DNA of 64,000 nt, taken from assembly GCA_028277345.1 (NCBI GenBank), contig JANQGM010000026.1:76998-140997 (forward strand), in the 5' to 3' direction. A program made the position numbers and the translations under genes. A model generated the notes under the pieces. It had not been told where the DNA came from. It saw only the letters and a program-made list of their open reading frames with translations, and searched no databases. Positions within the stretch are counted from its first letter, which is position 1. Each line of letters opens with the position of its first letter. This DNA is from Candidatus Bipolaricaulota bacterium (GTDB taxonomy: Bacteria > Bipolaricaulota > Bipolaricaulia > UBA7950 > UBA9294). Shown here one piece after another: positions 20,999-30,441 of this stretch.

Positions 20999-21586
20999 AT
21001 GAAACATGACGATTTGGATGTCCTGTTGCAGGACACGCTACGGGCTGAGGTCGCCGCGGCATCCGATCGCATCATCGATCTGGAGGAGCGGGTCGTTATG
21101 GAGTTGGGCGATCGCCGACCACGACTGCGTTGGTTCCAGTGGCTGGGACAACTGGCCGCACCCACGCGGGCGACGCGTTGGGGCCAGATCGCCGTCGTCG
21201 GAGCCACCGCCGCGGTCTTTCTGTTCCTCGGACTGACCTTGTCGGATCGGATCGCTCCGAACACCCCCGCGCCGCAGCTTTCTCTGCAGCGACTCGGTAC
21301 CGCCGACGGGATGCAGAGCGTCCTTTTTGTCTGGCCCGCGCCGTTGGAAGCCGAATCGGTCGCCGTCGTCGGGAATTTCAACGCCTGGGAAGGAACCGAT
21401 CTTTCCGATCCGGATGGGGACGGTATCTGGACCGCTCAGATTCCGCTCGCTCCTGGACGTTACGAATATGCCTTTGTCGTGGATGGAAAATGGCAGGGGC
21501 ATGATCCACGCGCGGACGAAGTCATCCAATCATTTGGGCAATACAGCTCCGTCCGCTATATCGGACGAGGAGGGGATGACGCATGA
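20999..21586 (+). CDS. Putative membrane anti-sigma factor with C-terminal CBM48/AMPK-type glycogen-binding domain
   Basis: Directly after the sigma gene; one TM (IAVVGATAAVFLFLGLTL); AESVAVVGNFNAW...GIW...L.PGRYEY.FVVDGKW..DP. Confidence 0.8.
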   Translation: MKHDDLDVLLQDTLRAEVAAASDRIIDLEERVVMELGDRRPRLRWFQWLGQLAAPTRATRWGQIAVVGATAAVFLFLGLTLSDRIAPNTPAPQLSLQRLGTADGMQSVLFVWPAPLEAESVAVVGNFNAWEGTDLSDPDGDGIWTAQIPLAPGRYEYAFVVDGKWQGHDPRADEVIQSFGQYSSVRYIGRGGDDA

Positions 21587-22278
21587 GGATGCGAACAGCA
21601 CGAACCGCAGGTGTGCTCGTATTGCTGACGGCCGTCGTAATGTGTGCGGCCTCGGCTCAGGTTTCGCTTCAGGAGTTCGAGCGGGCACTTTACTCTATTC
21701 CCGCTTCCAATCCGGAATTCCTTCTTTCCACGATCGAGCTGGGCATGACACAAGAGGACTTCCCCGCCGAGCAGCTGCTTGGCCTTATCGAACGACTGGC
21801 CGAACACCCGGGCGAACCGTTCGAGAAGGACGCCGTTCTAAATGTGCTGGCACATGCCTTGGAAGTCGGACTTCCCATCGAAGGATTGGTAAACAAGGCC
21901 TTTGAGGGGCTGGCCCGCCGAATTCCACTTCATCAATTGGAGAGTTGGTTGTCTCAACGGATGGTGCTGCTCGCTGAGACGCGAGACCTTCTTTATTCGA
22001 AGGGCATCTTCAGCGCGCCCTCCAGAGCGCCTCAGACCGTGCCGACAGCCATTCCCATGCCGCGATTCAACCTTCTGCTGATTCATATGTCGGAAGCGAT
22101 CGGCGATTTCTTGGAGGGCGGTGGAAGTCCGTTTGACGGACACGTCCTGTATCAAGAGGTTTATAACCGGCTCACGATGCTTCAGGGCGTCACGCTGGTT
22201 CCGGATGACGTTCAGCTCGTCCTTGAGCGAATCGAGCCCTCGGATTTGACACAAGTTGCATTGGCTGCTGTAAGTTAA
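21583..22278 (+). CDS. Secreted helical hypothetical protein
   Basis: Signal peptide ending ASA|Q; ATGA overlap with the upstream gene. Confidence 0.7.
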   Translation: MRMRTARTAGVLVLLTAVVMCAASAQVSLQEFERALYSIPASNPEFLLSTIELGMTQEDFPAEQLLGLIERLAEHPGEPFEKDAVLNVLAHALEVGLPIEGLVNKAFEGLARRIPLHQLESWLSQRMVLLAETRDLLYSKGIFSAPSRAPQTVPTAIPMPRFNLLLIHMSEAIGDFLEGGGSPFDGHVLYQEVYNRLTMLQGVTLVPDDVQLVLERIEPSDLTQVALAAVS

Positions 22279-22327
22279 GACAGATCACGTGATTTCACAT
22301 AGAAGGATCAGAGCAAAGGAGGCGAAC

Positions 22328-24946
22328 ATGAAAGGAAGAACAAGCAGGCTGGCACTTGCAGCCTTATTCTTGATCGCGTTCGCTGCATTCACGAGTTTGG
22401 GTCAAGACAATGTCGCCCCCTTGGGCATCTTCCCCGCACCTCCTGAGAGCAGTGAATTGGACGTCCGCGTGTGGGTCGATCAGGCCGCCTATCAGGTCGG
22501 CGACCCGATCGTCATTCATTTCAGCGTCAACAAGCCGGCCTATATCTACATTTGGGATATTCTTCCCGATGGAACGGCTGTTCAGATGTTCCCGAATCCC
22601 GCTCCGGGCGGATCGCAGAACTTCGTCCAAGCCGGAGAACACACCGTTCCTGGCAATTGGGTCATCGCTCCGCCGTTGGGAACGGAATACGTGCAGATCC
22701 TGGCCACAACCTCGCCCGTGGATCCCTTTTCGTTCTTCACGCCGGATCCCCTGGCATTCCAATCGCAAGTCGAAGCCCAGATTCTCGGCATCCTTCCTGC
22801 GACGGAAACCAGCTGGGACTTCACGTCCTTTGAGATTCTCGAAGGTGCTCCGGGCTCCTATGGGACGCTGATCATCAATTCGACGCCCGCCGGGGCTTCG
22901 GTCTCCATCGATGGCGAGTACGTTGGCTATACGCCCCGGACGCTCTATGTCGCCCAAGGATTCCATCAGATTTCCGTAAGCCATCCGGGATACCTTGGCT
23001 GGCAGGCGGCAACGCTCGTCATCGGGGGGATCACGCGCACGCTCAACGTCGAACTCGTGCCCCTGTTTCCATCCAATGCCGATCCGACAGCCAACTTCAC
23101 CTACTCGCCAGTGAATCCTCCGGTCGGTGCGTGGATTCAGTTTGACGGATCGTCATCCAGCGATTCAGACGGTACGATCGCCAGCTACAGCTGGAACTTC
23201 GGCGATGGCTCGACGGATTCGGGCGTCTCCCAATGGCATCGTTTCAATGCGCCGGGCACGTACATTGTCAGCCTGACAGTGACGGATAACGACGGCGCCA
23301 GCGACACGATGACGCAAGCGGTTCAGGTCGGATCGTCCAACCAGCCGCCAAGTGCCGTCTTTACCGCGGTGCCCACCAACCCGATGGTCAATGCGTGGGT
23401 CCAATTCGATGCCTCCGGATCTGTGGATGCGGACGGCTCCATCGTCACGTATGCCTGGAACTTCGGCGACGGGTCGACGGAAACCGGCACCCAGGTCTGG
23501 CATCGCTTTACTGCCGCCGGCACCTATGTCGTCACCCTGACCGTCACCGACGATGACGGCAGTACCGATTCGACGTCGCTCGCCATTCAGGTCGGCCCCT
23601 CCAACCAATCGCCGAACGCGGCTTTCGCGTTCTCGCCCTCCGTTCCCGGTGTGAACGCCTGGGTCCAATTCGATGCCACCTCGTCTTCGGATGTCGATGG
23701 CACCATTGCGAATGTCGCCTGGAACTTCGGGGATGGCACCACCGACATCGGCAGCGTGGTCTGGCATCGTTTCCCAGCCGCGGGCACCTACATCGTGACC
23801 CTGACGGTGACGGACAATGATGGCGCCACCGATATCATGACACAGTCGATTCTCGTTGGCGGCTCCGCCAATTCCGCGCCATCCGCCAGCTTCTCGTTGC
23901 TGCCCGCCTCGCCATCCATTGGCGAGTGGGTCCGGTTTGACGGAACCGGGTCCTCGGACAGCGATGGTTCCATTGCCTCGTATCAGTGGTCGTTTGGCGA
24001 TGGCTCAGCTCCCGTGACGGGTCCCATCGTCTACCATCAATTCACCAGTGCCGGCGTCTACTCGGTCTCGCTGACCGTGGCGGACGACGACGGCGCAAGC
24101 GACACGGCGTCGCAGCCCGTCAGTATCGGAACGGTTCAACAGCCTCCGGTGGCCACGTTTAACTTCTCGCCGGCCGCCCCGGCAGTGGGACAATCCGTTG
24201 CCTTTGATGCATCGAGTTCCTTCGATCCGGATGGCGTCATCGTCAGCTATCGCTGGGATCTGGATGGCAATGGCGTCGATGATGCGTTCGTTCCGACGGT
24301 GAACGCGACCTACAATTCGCCCGGCGTCGCGATGGTTCGATTGACGGTCATTGACAATGACGGCCTGTCGTCCACATCGACCCAAGCGGTTGTGGTGTCG
24401 TCATCGGGCGGGACGCCCGGCGTTCCCGCCATGGGAGCGACGCCCGGCATCTTCGTCTGGGGATCGGACTCCTGGCACGTCACGGTGAATGCCGGCGCCG
24501 GATGGAGCGCGCCGCGCGCGTACCGCCTGGAACTGCGATCGGATGACTCGTTCCAGAACATCGACCAATCGTCCAGCGGTGGCGTTGTTCCGCTTGGCAT
24601 TCTCCCCGCACCGACGGATGAAGGACGAACCCTCGTCTTCGAGGGCACGATCCAAGCCGGAAGCGTGGATTATGAGTTCCGAGTTCCCAATTCGAGCAGC
24701 ATGTGGATGAAGCTCCAACTGGATATCGACGGAGACGGCACCCTGGATACTTCATCGAGCTTCGTCTACCTGCGCCACTCGATGGTGCGTCCGCCGACCT
24801 CTCCGTTCGTTGTTGGGTTGCCCAACGGCAGCAGCGATGAACTGACGCCGAGCATCAATTTCCGCGTCGGTTCAGCCATCTCCTATACGGAGACCAGCCG
24901 GTTCGTCTTCTGGACCACCACGATCTCCAACTTGGAGGCTCCATAA
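22328..24946 (+). CDS. Secreted DUF4384-like + PEGA + five-PKD-domain surface protein
   Basis: SD AAGGAGG; signal peptide; Y.VGD.I.I.F.VNKPAY.YI (DUF4384-like); L.INSTPAGASV.IDG.YVG.TP (PEGA); five PKD repeats. Confidence 0.85.
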   Translation: MKGRTSRLALAALFLIAFAAFTSLGQDNVAPLGIFPAPPESSELDVRVWVDQAAYQVGDPIVIHFSVNKPAYIYIWDILPDGTAVQMFPNPAPGGSQNFVQAGEHTVPGNWVIAPPLGTEYVQILATTSPVDPFSFFTPDPLAFQSQVEAQILGILPATETSWDFTSFEILEGAPGSYGTLIINSTPAGASVSIDGEYVGYTPRTLYVAQGFHQISVSHPGYLGWQAATLVIGGITRTLNVELVPLFPSNADPTANFTYSPVNPPVGAWIQFDGSSSSDSDGTIASYSWNFGDGSTDSGVSQWHRFNAPGTYIVSLTVTDNDGASDTMTQAVQVGSSNQPPSAVFTAVPTNPMVNAWVQFDASGSVDADGSIVTYAWNFGDGSTETGTQVWHRFTAAGTYVVTLTVTDDDGSTDSTSLAIQVGPSNQSPNAAFAFSPSVPGVNAWVQFDATSSSDVDGTIANVAWNFGDGTTDIGSVVWHRFPAAGTYIVTLTVTDNDGATDIMTQSILVGGSANSAPSASFSLLPASPSIGEWVRFDGTGSSDSDGSIASYQWSFGDGSAPVTGPIVYHQFTSAGVYSVSLTVADDDGASDTASQPVSIGTVQQPPVATFNFSPAAPAVGQSVAFDASSSFDPDGVIVSYRWDLDGNGVDDAFVPTVNATYNSPGVAMVRLTVIDNDGLSSTSTQAVVVSSSGGTPGVPAMGATPGIFVWGSDSWHVTVNAGAGWSAPRAYRLELRSDDSFQNIDQSSSGGVVPLGILPAPTDEGRTLVFEGTIQAGSVDYEFRVPNSSSMWMKLQLDIDGDGTLDTSSSFVYLRHSMVRPPTSPFVVGLPNGSSDELTPSINFRVGSAISYTETSRFVFWTTTISNLEAP
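23075..24400 (+). repeat. Five tandem intragenic PKD repeats (~265 bp each)
   Basis: Recurring TGGAACTTCGG(C/G)GA in repeats 1-3; protein repeat P.A.F...P..P....W.QFD...S.D.DG.I..Y.W.FGDG...Y.V.LTV.D.DG. Confidence 0.85.
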
Positions 24947-24961
24947 CCTAGCATCAACACG

Positions 24962-24990
24962 ACGGGCCGCCTTCGGGCGGCCCGTTTTTT
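24962..24990 (+). terminator. Intrinsic terminator of the ECF operon
   Basis: ACGGGCCGCC-TTCG-GGCGGCCCGT then a T-run. Confidence 0.9.
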
Positions 24991-25028
24991 CTTGTCGATC
25001 CTTTCGTTCTATCAGTAAGATAAACGTC

Positions 25029-26369
25029 ATGGAAAACCGAACCCTGTCAATCCATTGGAGATTGGACCATCCGAACATTCAACGCGATACCTTCTTCGGA
25101 AGATACGCGTTTTCCGCCTACGATGCCGTTCTCATCGATCCGCACGAGATCGACCGCCGCTGGACGGCCGAGGTCGGGCTTAGCCCGGATGGTGTTCGCC
25201 GCGTTGATGTCCAACGCGACCGGGGACTGGGACGCACCTTGACTGCGTGGATGACCAAGCGGCGAACCGAATTGGAGGACTTGCTCAAGGTTGCAGGTGG
25301 AATCGTCGTCTGCCGCTTGCGGTCCCGCGGAGAACCGTTGGAACTCCGCTCCGGCGATGCCCCTCCCGAACATGTCGATCGCTACAGTTGGCTCCCCAGC
25401 ATCTCGCTGGTCGATCGCCATCATCAGTTGGTCTTTCCGTCGAACGGCCGGTTCGTGCCCCGCCGAGGCCGCGATGTCATCGTGGAGGACTCGACCAGCC
25501 CATTTTCCGAGTACATCGAGCAGTTTCGCGATGCCTTTGTCTACGATGCCGTTTATCAAGATTTGCTATCGACGCCGATCGACCGCTTCGCGCAGGTTCT
25601 GGCTCGCAACAAGGTCGGGGATGTCCTCGCTTTGGAGATTCCTTTTGACGAAGGACGGCTGATTCTCGTTCCTCCGATAGAAGGCGTGTCGCCCAGTCAC
25701 GAGGCTGCCGTGCTATCTGATGTCATTGAACGGATGACCGAACGTCCGGCCTTTTCCGCAAGTCCGGATTGGTTGCCCAGCTATCCACTGCCAGGCGAAG
25801 ATGCCCTTAACGACGAGCTGGTTCGGTTGGTGGAGCGCCGAGACGCCCTCAACGACAAGCTTCGAGAGCTAAGTGAACGGCACGAAGAAATCACTCGATA
25901 CAAGCGCATGCTGTACGCACGTGGGCGGTTCGCCTTCTTGCCCGCTGTTGCCGACGGCTTCCGCGCCCTCGGATTTGATGTCGAGATCGACGAGGGGATG
26001 CTCACGCTTCGCTCTGAACAAGGAGATGCACGAGTGGTTGCGGCAGCCGCTGAAGGCGCAACCGTACAGTTGCCCGCGTACCGGCAGCTGCTTCACGCGA
26101 TCGATCGCGCGGTCACCGATGGGGATGGCCGGCTCAAGGGCATCTTGGTTGTCAGTGGTTCACGCGAGCTGGATCCCAAACGGCGACCGACGCAGTTCTC
26201 CGAGGGCGTTCTCCGCGGCTGCACCGATCAAGGGTACTGCGTTCTGTCCAGCACGCATTTGTTCCAGCTTGTGGTGACCGCGCTTGCATCAAAACGCGCC
26301 GATCATGCGAAGGTGCGGCGACAGCTCATTGAGACCGACGGCGAATTCCGCGGAGCCGACGCTACGTGA
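25029..26369 (+). CDS. Hypothetical protein: coiled coil plus degenerate restriction-endonuclease-like C-terminal domain
   Basis: 446-aa ORF; heptad segment LNDELVRLVERRDALNDKLRELSE; F.ALGF.V...RQL...KGILVV...R..P..R..F pattern; GTGA overlap with mraY. Confidence 0.6.
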   Translation: MENRTLSIHWRLDHPNIQRDTFFGRYAFSAYDAVLIDPHEIDRRWTAEVGLSPDGVRRVDVQRDRGLGRTLTAWMTKRRTELEDLLKVAGGIVVCRLRSRGEPLELRSGDAPPEHVDRYSWLPSISLVDRHHQLVFPSNGRFVPRRGRDVIVEDSTSPFSEYIEQFRDAFVYDAVYQDLLSTPIDRFAQVLARNKVGDVLALEIPFDEGRLILVPPIEGVSPSHEAAVLSDVIERMTERPAFSASPDWLPSYPLPGEDALNDELVRLVERRDALNDKLRELSERHEEITRYKRMLYARGRFAFLPAVADGFRALGFDVEIDEGMLTLRSEQGDARVVAAAAEGATVQLPAYRQLLHAIDRAVTDGDGRLKGILVVSGSRELDPKRRPTQFSEGVLRGCTDQGYCVLSSTHLFQLVVTALASKRADHAKVRRQLIETDGEFRGADAT

Positions 26370-27370
26370 CGTCGATTCTGCTTCTCAGCCTTCTCCTGAT
26401 TCCGACCTCCGCGCTCTGCTGCTATGGCCTTGCACATGGGCTGGCCTCGCGATCCGTAGGGCAACACATCCGTGATGTCGGTCCACAAACGCACGCCGTA
26501 AAGGCGGGGACGCCAACCATGGGTGGCCTCGTCGTCCTTTTGCTTTGGGTGGGAGGCGTCGTCTTGCTCGGCATTCTGCTGGAGTGGCCCCCGTCGTGCG
26601 GGTTTATTTTGGCGTCCGGGGTATGCTACGGAGCAATGGGCTTGCTCGACGATGCCCTCAGCTTGCGTAGAAAACGATCGATGGGCCTGGGCGGCCTTCA
26701 GAAGATCGTCCTGGGAAGCCTCATCGCCGTTGGCCTTTTCGTCGCCTTTCGAAATCAGATTCTAGTTCCTCAACGCATCCCTTTCACCCAACACCAGTTG
26801 GGCCTTCCGTGGATCGCCATGTTCTTCCTTCACTGGATTCTGTTTCTCGCCGTCACCAATAGCGCCAATCTCACGGATGGGCTCGATGGATTGGCAGGAA
26901 GCGTCTCCCTGTTGGTATTGGGCGGCTTTCTGATCATCTCCCCTTCCCTTGGGAACGCGCTGCTGTTGCTTCCCTTGATGGCCACCCTCCTTGGATTCTT
27001 GTGGCTGAACGCTTACCCTGCCGATCTCTTCCTGGGTGATGTGGGCTCCTTCGGGTTGGGTGGAATCATCGGGGCGTTCGCGCTGTCCCAAGGCTTGGCC
27101 TTTCTCTTGCCCCTACTCGCCGGCGTCTTTGTGTTGGAAGCAGGCTCCGTCATCCTCCAAGTCGGCGCGCTTCGATTGACGGGACGGCGCGCCTTCAAGA
27201 TCAGCCCGCTGCATCATCACTTCGAAGATGCGCCGCGCCCCGGCGTCGATTTTATGATCCCCTCTCCTTCATGGCCGGAGACGAAAGTCACAATGCGGTT
27301 TATCCTTCTCCAAGTTGTGTTTGTCGTGATCGCCGTATGGGCGAGCGTAGCGTGGAATGGGATGGAATGA
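26366..27370 (+). CDS. mraY: Phospho-N-acetylmuramoyl-pentapeptide transferase
   Basis: K.GTPTMGG, GLLDD, NLTDGLDGL, FLGDVGS, SPLHHHFE, W.ETKVT.RF. Confidence 0.96.
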   Translation: MTSILLLSLLLIPTSALCCYGLAHGLASRSVGQHIRDVGPQTHAVKAGTPTMGGLVVLLLWVGGVVLLGILLEWPPSCGFILASGVCYGAMGLLDDALSLRRKRSMGLGGLQKIVLGSLIAVGLFVAFRNQILVPQRIPFTQHQLGLPWIAMFFLHWILFLAVTNSANLTDGLDGLAGSVSLLVLGGFLIISPSLGNALLLLPLMATLLGFLWLNAYPADLFLGDVGSFGLGGIIGAFALSQGLAFLLPLLAGVFVLEAGSVILQVGALRLTGRRAFKISPLHHHFEDAPRPGVDFMIPSPSWPETKVTMRFILLQVVFVVIAVWASVAWNGME

Positions 27371-27388
27371 GTGTGTGCGGATCCGCTT

Positions 27389-27474
27389 TGCCGGAGGTGG
27401 GATTCGAACCCACACGAGGGGTGAACCTCACAGGATCCTGAATCCTGCGCGTCTGCCAGTTCCGCCACTCCGGC
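27389..27474 (-). tRNA. tRNA-Leu(CAG), long variable arm, CCA not encoded
   Basis: GCCGGAGTGGCGGAACTGGCAGACGCG-CAGGA-TTCAGGA-TCCTG-...GGTTCGAATCCCACCTCCGGCA. Confidence 0.97.
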
Positions 27475-27484
27475 GATTCAACGA

Positions 27485-27513
27485 AGTTTAGGCCGACGTG
27501 CGGCCAGTTTCAA
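27485..27513 (-). promoter_or_regulatory. sigma70 promoter of tRNA-Leu
   Basis: Minus strand TTGAAA-N17-TAAACT. Confidence 0.65.
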
Positions 27514-27665
27514 GAGCGTCCGTTATGTCTTGGCTGAGGATCGCGAACACTGAACGCCGCTGGCCCCGCAACGTCGATCGGTCAGCGTAGCAACAGCGCC
27601 TCCGATGGGATGTTCGTCCACCTCCGAATGCCTCTCATTCGATCGGCGAAAGGCGCGATTTTGGC

Positions 27666-27694
27666 TTGGCTTCGACTGTAATATCGGTTACACT
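27666..27694 (+). promoter_or_regulatory. Promoter of the Crp/Fnr gene with an overlapping Crp-type palindrome
   Basis: TTGGCT-N17-TACACT; TGTAA-N6-TTACA at 27677..27692. Confidence 0.6.
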
Positions 27695-27792
27695 TCTGGA
27701 CGTCTGACCCCGAACTACGGGTGATGAGCGAACAGAAGCAGGGGGGACAGACGTTTCATTCTCGAGCGATGATCTCGCCAGAGGGGGTAGGT

Positions 27793-28467
27793 ATGGTCGA
27801 TCTCAAGGACTTTCGCATCTTCTCAGATCTCAAAGACAAGGAATTGGCAAAACTACAGGAAACCGTTCGAACCATCAACTACGGTCGCGGAGAAATCATT
27901 TTCCAAGAAGGCGCGCCAGCTTTCGGCTTCTACCTCATTTTTGAAGGCATGGTCAAACTCGTCAAACGCAGCATGCGTGCCAAGAGCCAAATTCTAAAGA
28001 TCGTGGGGCCGGGCGAGATCCTTGGGGAAACGACCCTGTTCGACAAGGGAAGCCACAACGCCTACGCCAAAACGCTGGATGCCGTCACCGTCGGTTTCGT
28101 GGAGCGCGGCGATTTCTTCTACTTCCTGGAGCGACATCCGAAGACGATCTTCCGGCTCTACGAGCGCCTGTCTGAGGAACTCAAGGCGTTCCAGAACAAG
28201 CTCGCCGAGCGATCCTACTCGTCCAGCAAAGAACGCCTGGCCCGGCTGATCCTCCACCTCGGAAAGAGCGGGGTCGAGTTGTCCCGCGCCGAGCTCGCGG
28301 AGATGGCGGGCGTTTCGTCCAAAACGGCGATCCGCACGTTATCGGAACTCGAAAGCCGTGGCATCATTGCCATTGAGAGCCGAAAGATCAAGATCCTCCG
28401 AGAACCGTACTTGCAGAAGATCATCGAGCCGTCTGCAGCCGGTCTCAACCCCAACTTGATCATCTGA
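27793..28467 (+). CDS. Crp/Fnr family transcriptional regulator
   Basis: cNMP-binding fold (GE.IF.EG...FYLI.EG.VKL, GE.LGE), ERLARL, HTH SRAELAEMAGVS..TAIRTLSEL; SD GAGGGGG. Confidence 0.92.
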   Translation: MVDLKDFRIFSDLKDKELAKLQETVRTINYGRGEIIFQEGAPAFGFYLIFEGMVKLVKRSMRAKSQILKIVGPGEILGETTLFDKGSHNAYAKTLDAVTVGFVERGDFFYFLERHPKTIFRLYERLSEELKAFQNKLAERSYSSSKERLARLILHLGKSGVELSRAELAEMAGVSSKTAIRTLSELESRGIIAIESRKIKILREPYLQKIIEPSAAGLNPNLII

Positions 28468-28575
28468 GGCGCCAACGAACAACGTCCCGTTCACGGGTGA
28501 TCGTTGTCCTTTCTCTACGTGAGCCACGTACTTATTGTCCTGCTAGGCGCACATCACACGAGCCTGCTCTGACAT

Positions 28576-30441
28576 GTGTTCAAGGACAGGTGGAAATTGG
28601 CTAGCGGACTGAATTCGACAGAACGAACGATACTGGGCAGCGTGTCCTACGTTGTCGCATTAGTTGTGAGCATTGTCATCAATCGAACCGGCATTCCGCT
28701 CACTCCCGTGTTGTTCGCCGCCTTCGCCATCCCCTTCGTGTTCGCAACGCGCACCCTGCACATGCGAGGCGCGTTGCTCGTTTCCGCAGGCATCGCCGTG
28801 ACCGGCGTCGCGTTGCTCCTGTTTTACGAGCCCGATGCCTTGCTTTCGACCCTTGCCTTTCCTCTCGTCACGATCGCGGCGGGCGGCTTGATCGGCTGGC
28901 TGAACGAACGCCGGCATGCCAAACGCGCCATGTGGCAACAACCGCGCTCGTTGAAGGACCGCTACGATGAGGACTTGTTTGAACCGGCATTGAACATCGT
29001 GCATTTCGTGGACCGTGAAGGAACGGTGGTCCGGCGCAATGAGGCATCAAGAACGGCTATTGGACATCCGACACGCCGGTCGCTTCAGTTGACGGAATAC
29101 GTCCACCCCAGCGAAGGCACCAAGATCAAGACCGAACTGATCCGATTGTTCGACCGGGGGGAGATCCGCAGCATTCAAACCCGGTTCGTTTCCGAAGACC
29201 GAAAGAGCTTCCCCGTCGAGATTCGCGGCTCGCGCGTCAACGAACGGCTCGCCATTATCGAAGCACGGGATCGCTCCACGGAAGCGGAGCTCGAGCGGCA
29301 AATCATGGAAACCGAGGCCCCGCATCGCCGTCTGATCGAAGATTCGATCGATACGTTGGATTCCGGCATCATCTTGACCGATCGAAAGCGTGAGGTGATT
29401 TGGGCCAATGCCACCATCGGCAAGTTCTTCGGGATCGATCGCGATCGTCTCATCGGCATCGACGCCAAGCGGGCCCTATCCCGCTATGTCGGTGCATTCG
29501 AGGATGCCCAGAGCCTTTCCCAAGTGATGGAAGAAGCCATCGACAAGGGAGAACGTATCGAGTCCATCGTCTGCCATGTCCGCCCGACGTTGAGCCGGGC
29601 CGAGCGCATCTTGGAATATCGATCGATCCCCATTGAAACCGACCGCTACAAGGGCGGCCGCATCGATCACTATATCGACATCACCGAGCTCAAACAGTTG
29701 GAGGAAAGCCTGCGTGACAAAACGCGCAATCTGGAGCGCAGCAACGAAAAGTTGGAAGAGTTTTCCCACGTGGTGTCACACGACCTCAAGGAACCCCTGA
29801 GGACCGTCGAAACCTTCAGCGGCTTCCTGTTGGAAGACTACGAAGATAAGCTGGATGAAGAGGGTGTGGACTATCTCAATACCCTCAAACGAACGTCGGC
29901 ACGCATGCGCCAATTGATCAACGACTTGCTTTCCCTCGCCAGCATTCATATGGATACCAAGTCATTCGAACGCATCAACACCCAGCGAATGCTCGAAGAG
30001 ATTCGCGAAGACCTGGAAATCCGCCTCCGTGGCGTCAACCTTCAGGTCGCCGGCGACCTGCCGCCGGTACGGGGCAGCCGGGTGCGCATCGGCGAGCTGT
30101 TCAGCAATCTCATCGTCAATGGCATCAAATACAACGACAAGGCTCTCCCCATGATCCGTGTCGGTTGGCAGAAGGACGCACGCAGCAACAACAACTCGGC
30201 AACGTTTTTCGTAGAGGATAACGGCATCGGGATTGAAGACCGATACCAGGAACGCGTGTTCGGAATCTTCGAAAAACTCAATCCGAGGGAGGATTACGAG
30301 GGCACAGGTGCCGGGTTGGCGATCTGCAAGCGGATCGTTGAAGAACACGGCGGAACGATTTGGGTAGAATCGGAAGTTGGCAAAGGGAGCACCTTCTACT
30401 TTACCATCCCCCGAGCAAGAGAGGTGGAAACCCATGCATAA
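28576..30441 (+). CDS. Membrane PAS-PAS sensor histidine kinase (Cph1-like kinase core)
   Basis: About 4 TM, two PAS-like segments, SHDLKEPLR, NLIVNGIKY, DNGIGI, GTGAGLAICKRIVE.HGG.IWVES. Confidence 0.93.
   Translation: MFKDRWKLASGLNSTERTILGSVSYVVALVVSIVINRTGIPLTPVLFAAFAIPFVFATRTLHMRGALLVSAGIAVTGVALLLFYEPDALLSTLAFPLVTIAAGGLIGWLNERRHAKRAMWQQPRSLKDRYDEDLFEPALNIVHFVDREGTVVRRNEASRTAIGHPTRRSLQLTEYVHPSEGTKIKTELIRLFDRGEIRSIQTRFVSEDRKSFPVEIRGSRVNERLAIIEARDRSTEAELERQIMETEAPHRRLIEDSIDTLDSGIILTDRKREVIWANATIGKFFGIDRDRLIGIDAKRALSRYVGAFEDAQSLSQVMEEAIDKGERIESIVCHVRPTLSRAERILEYRSIPIETDRYKGGRIDHYIDITELKQLEESLRDKTRNLERSNEKLEEFSHVVSHDLKEPLRTVETFSGFLLEDYEDKLDEEGVDYLNTLKRTSARMRQLINDLLSLASIHMDTKSFERINTQRMLEEIREDLEIRLRGVNLQVAGDLPPVRGSRVRIGELFSNLIVNGIKYNDKALPMIRVGWQKDARSNNNSATFFVEDNGIGIEDRYQERVFGIFEKLNPREDYEGTGAGLAICKRIVEEHGGTIWVESEVGKGSTFYFTIPRAREVETHA

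Noticed and set aside
23075-24400. DNA repeats as a CRISPR array or mobile repeat
   Set aside because: Degenerate in-frame PKD domain repeats with ~265-bp period and no spacer structure
27389-27720. tRNA-Leu as an integration site
   Set aside because: No integrase, no duplicated tRNA 3' end and no obvious composition shift in the window
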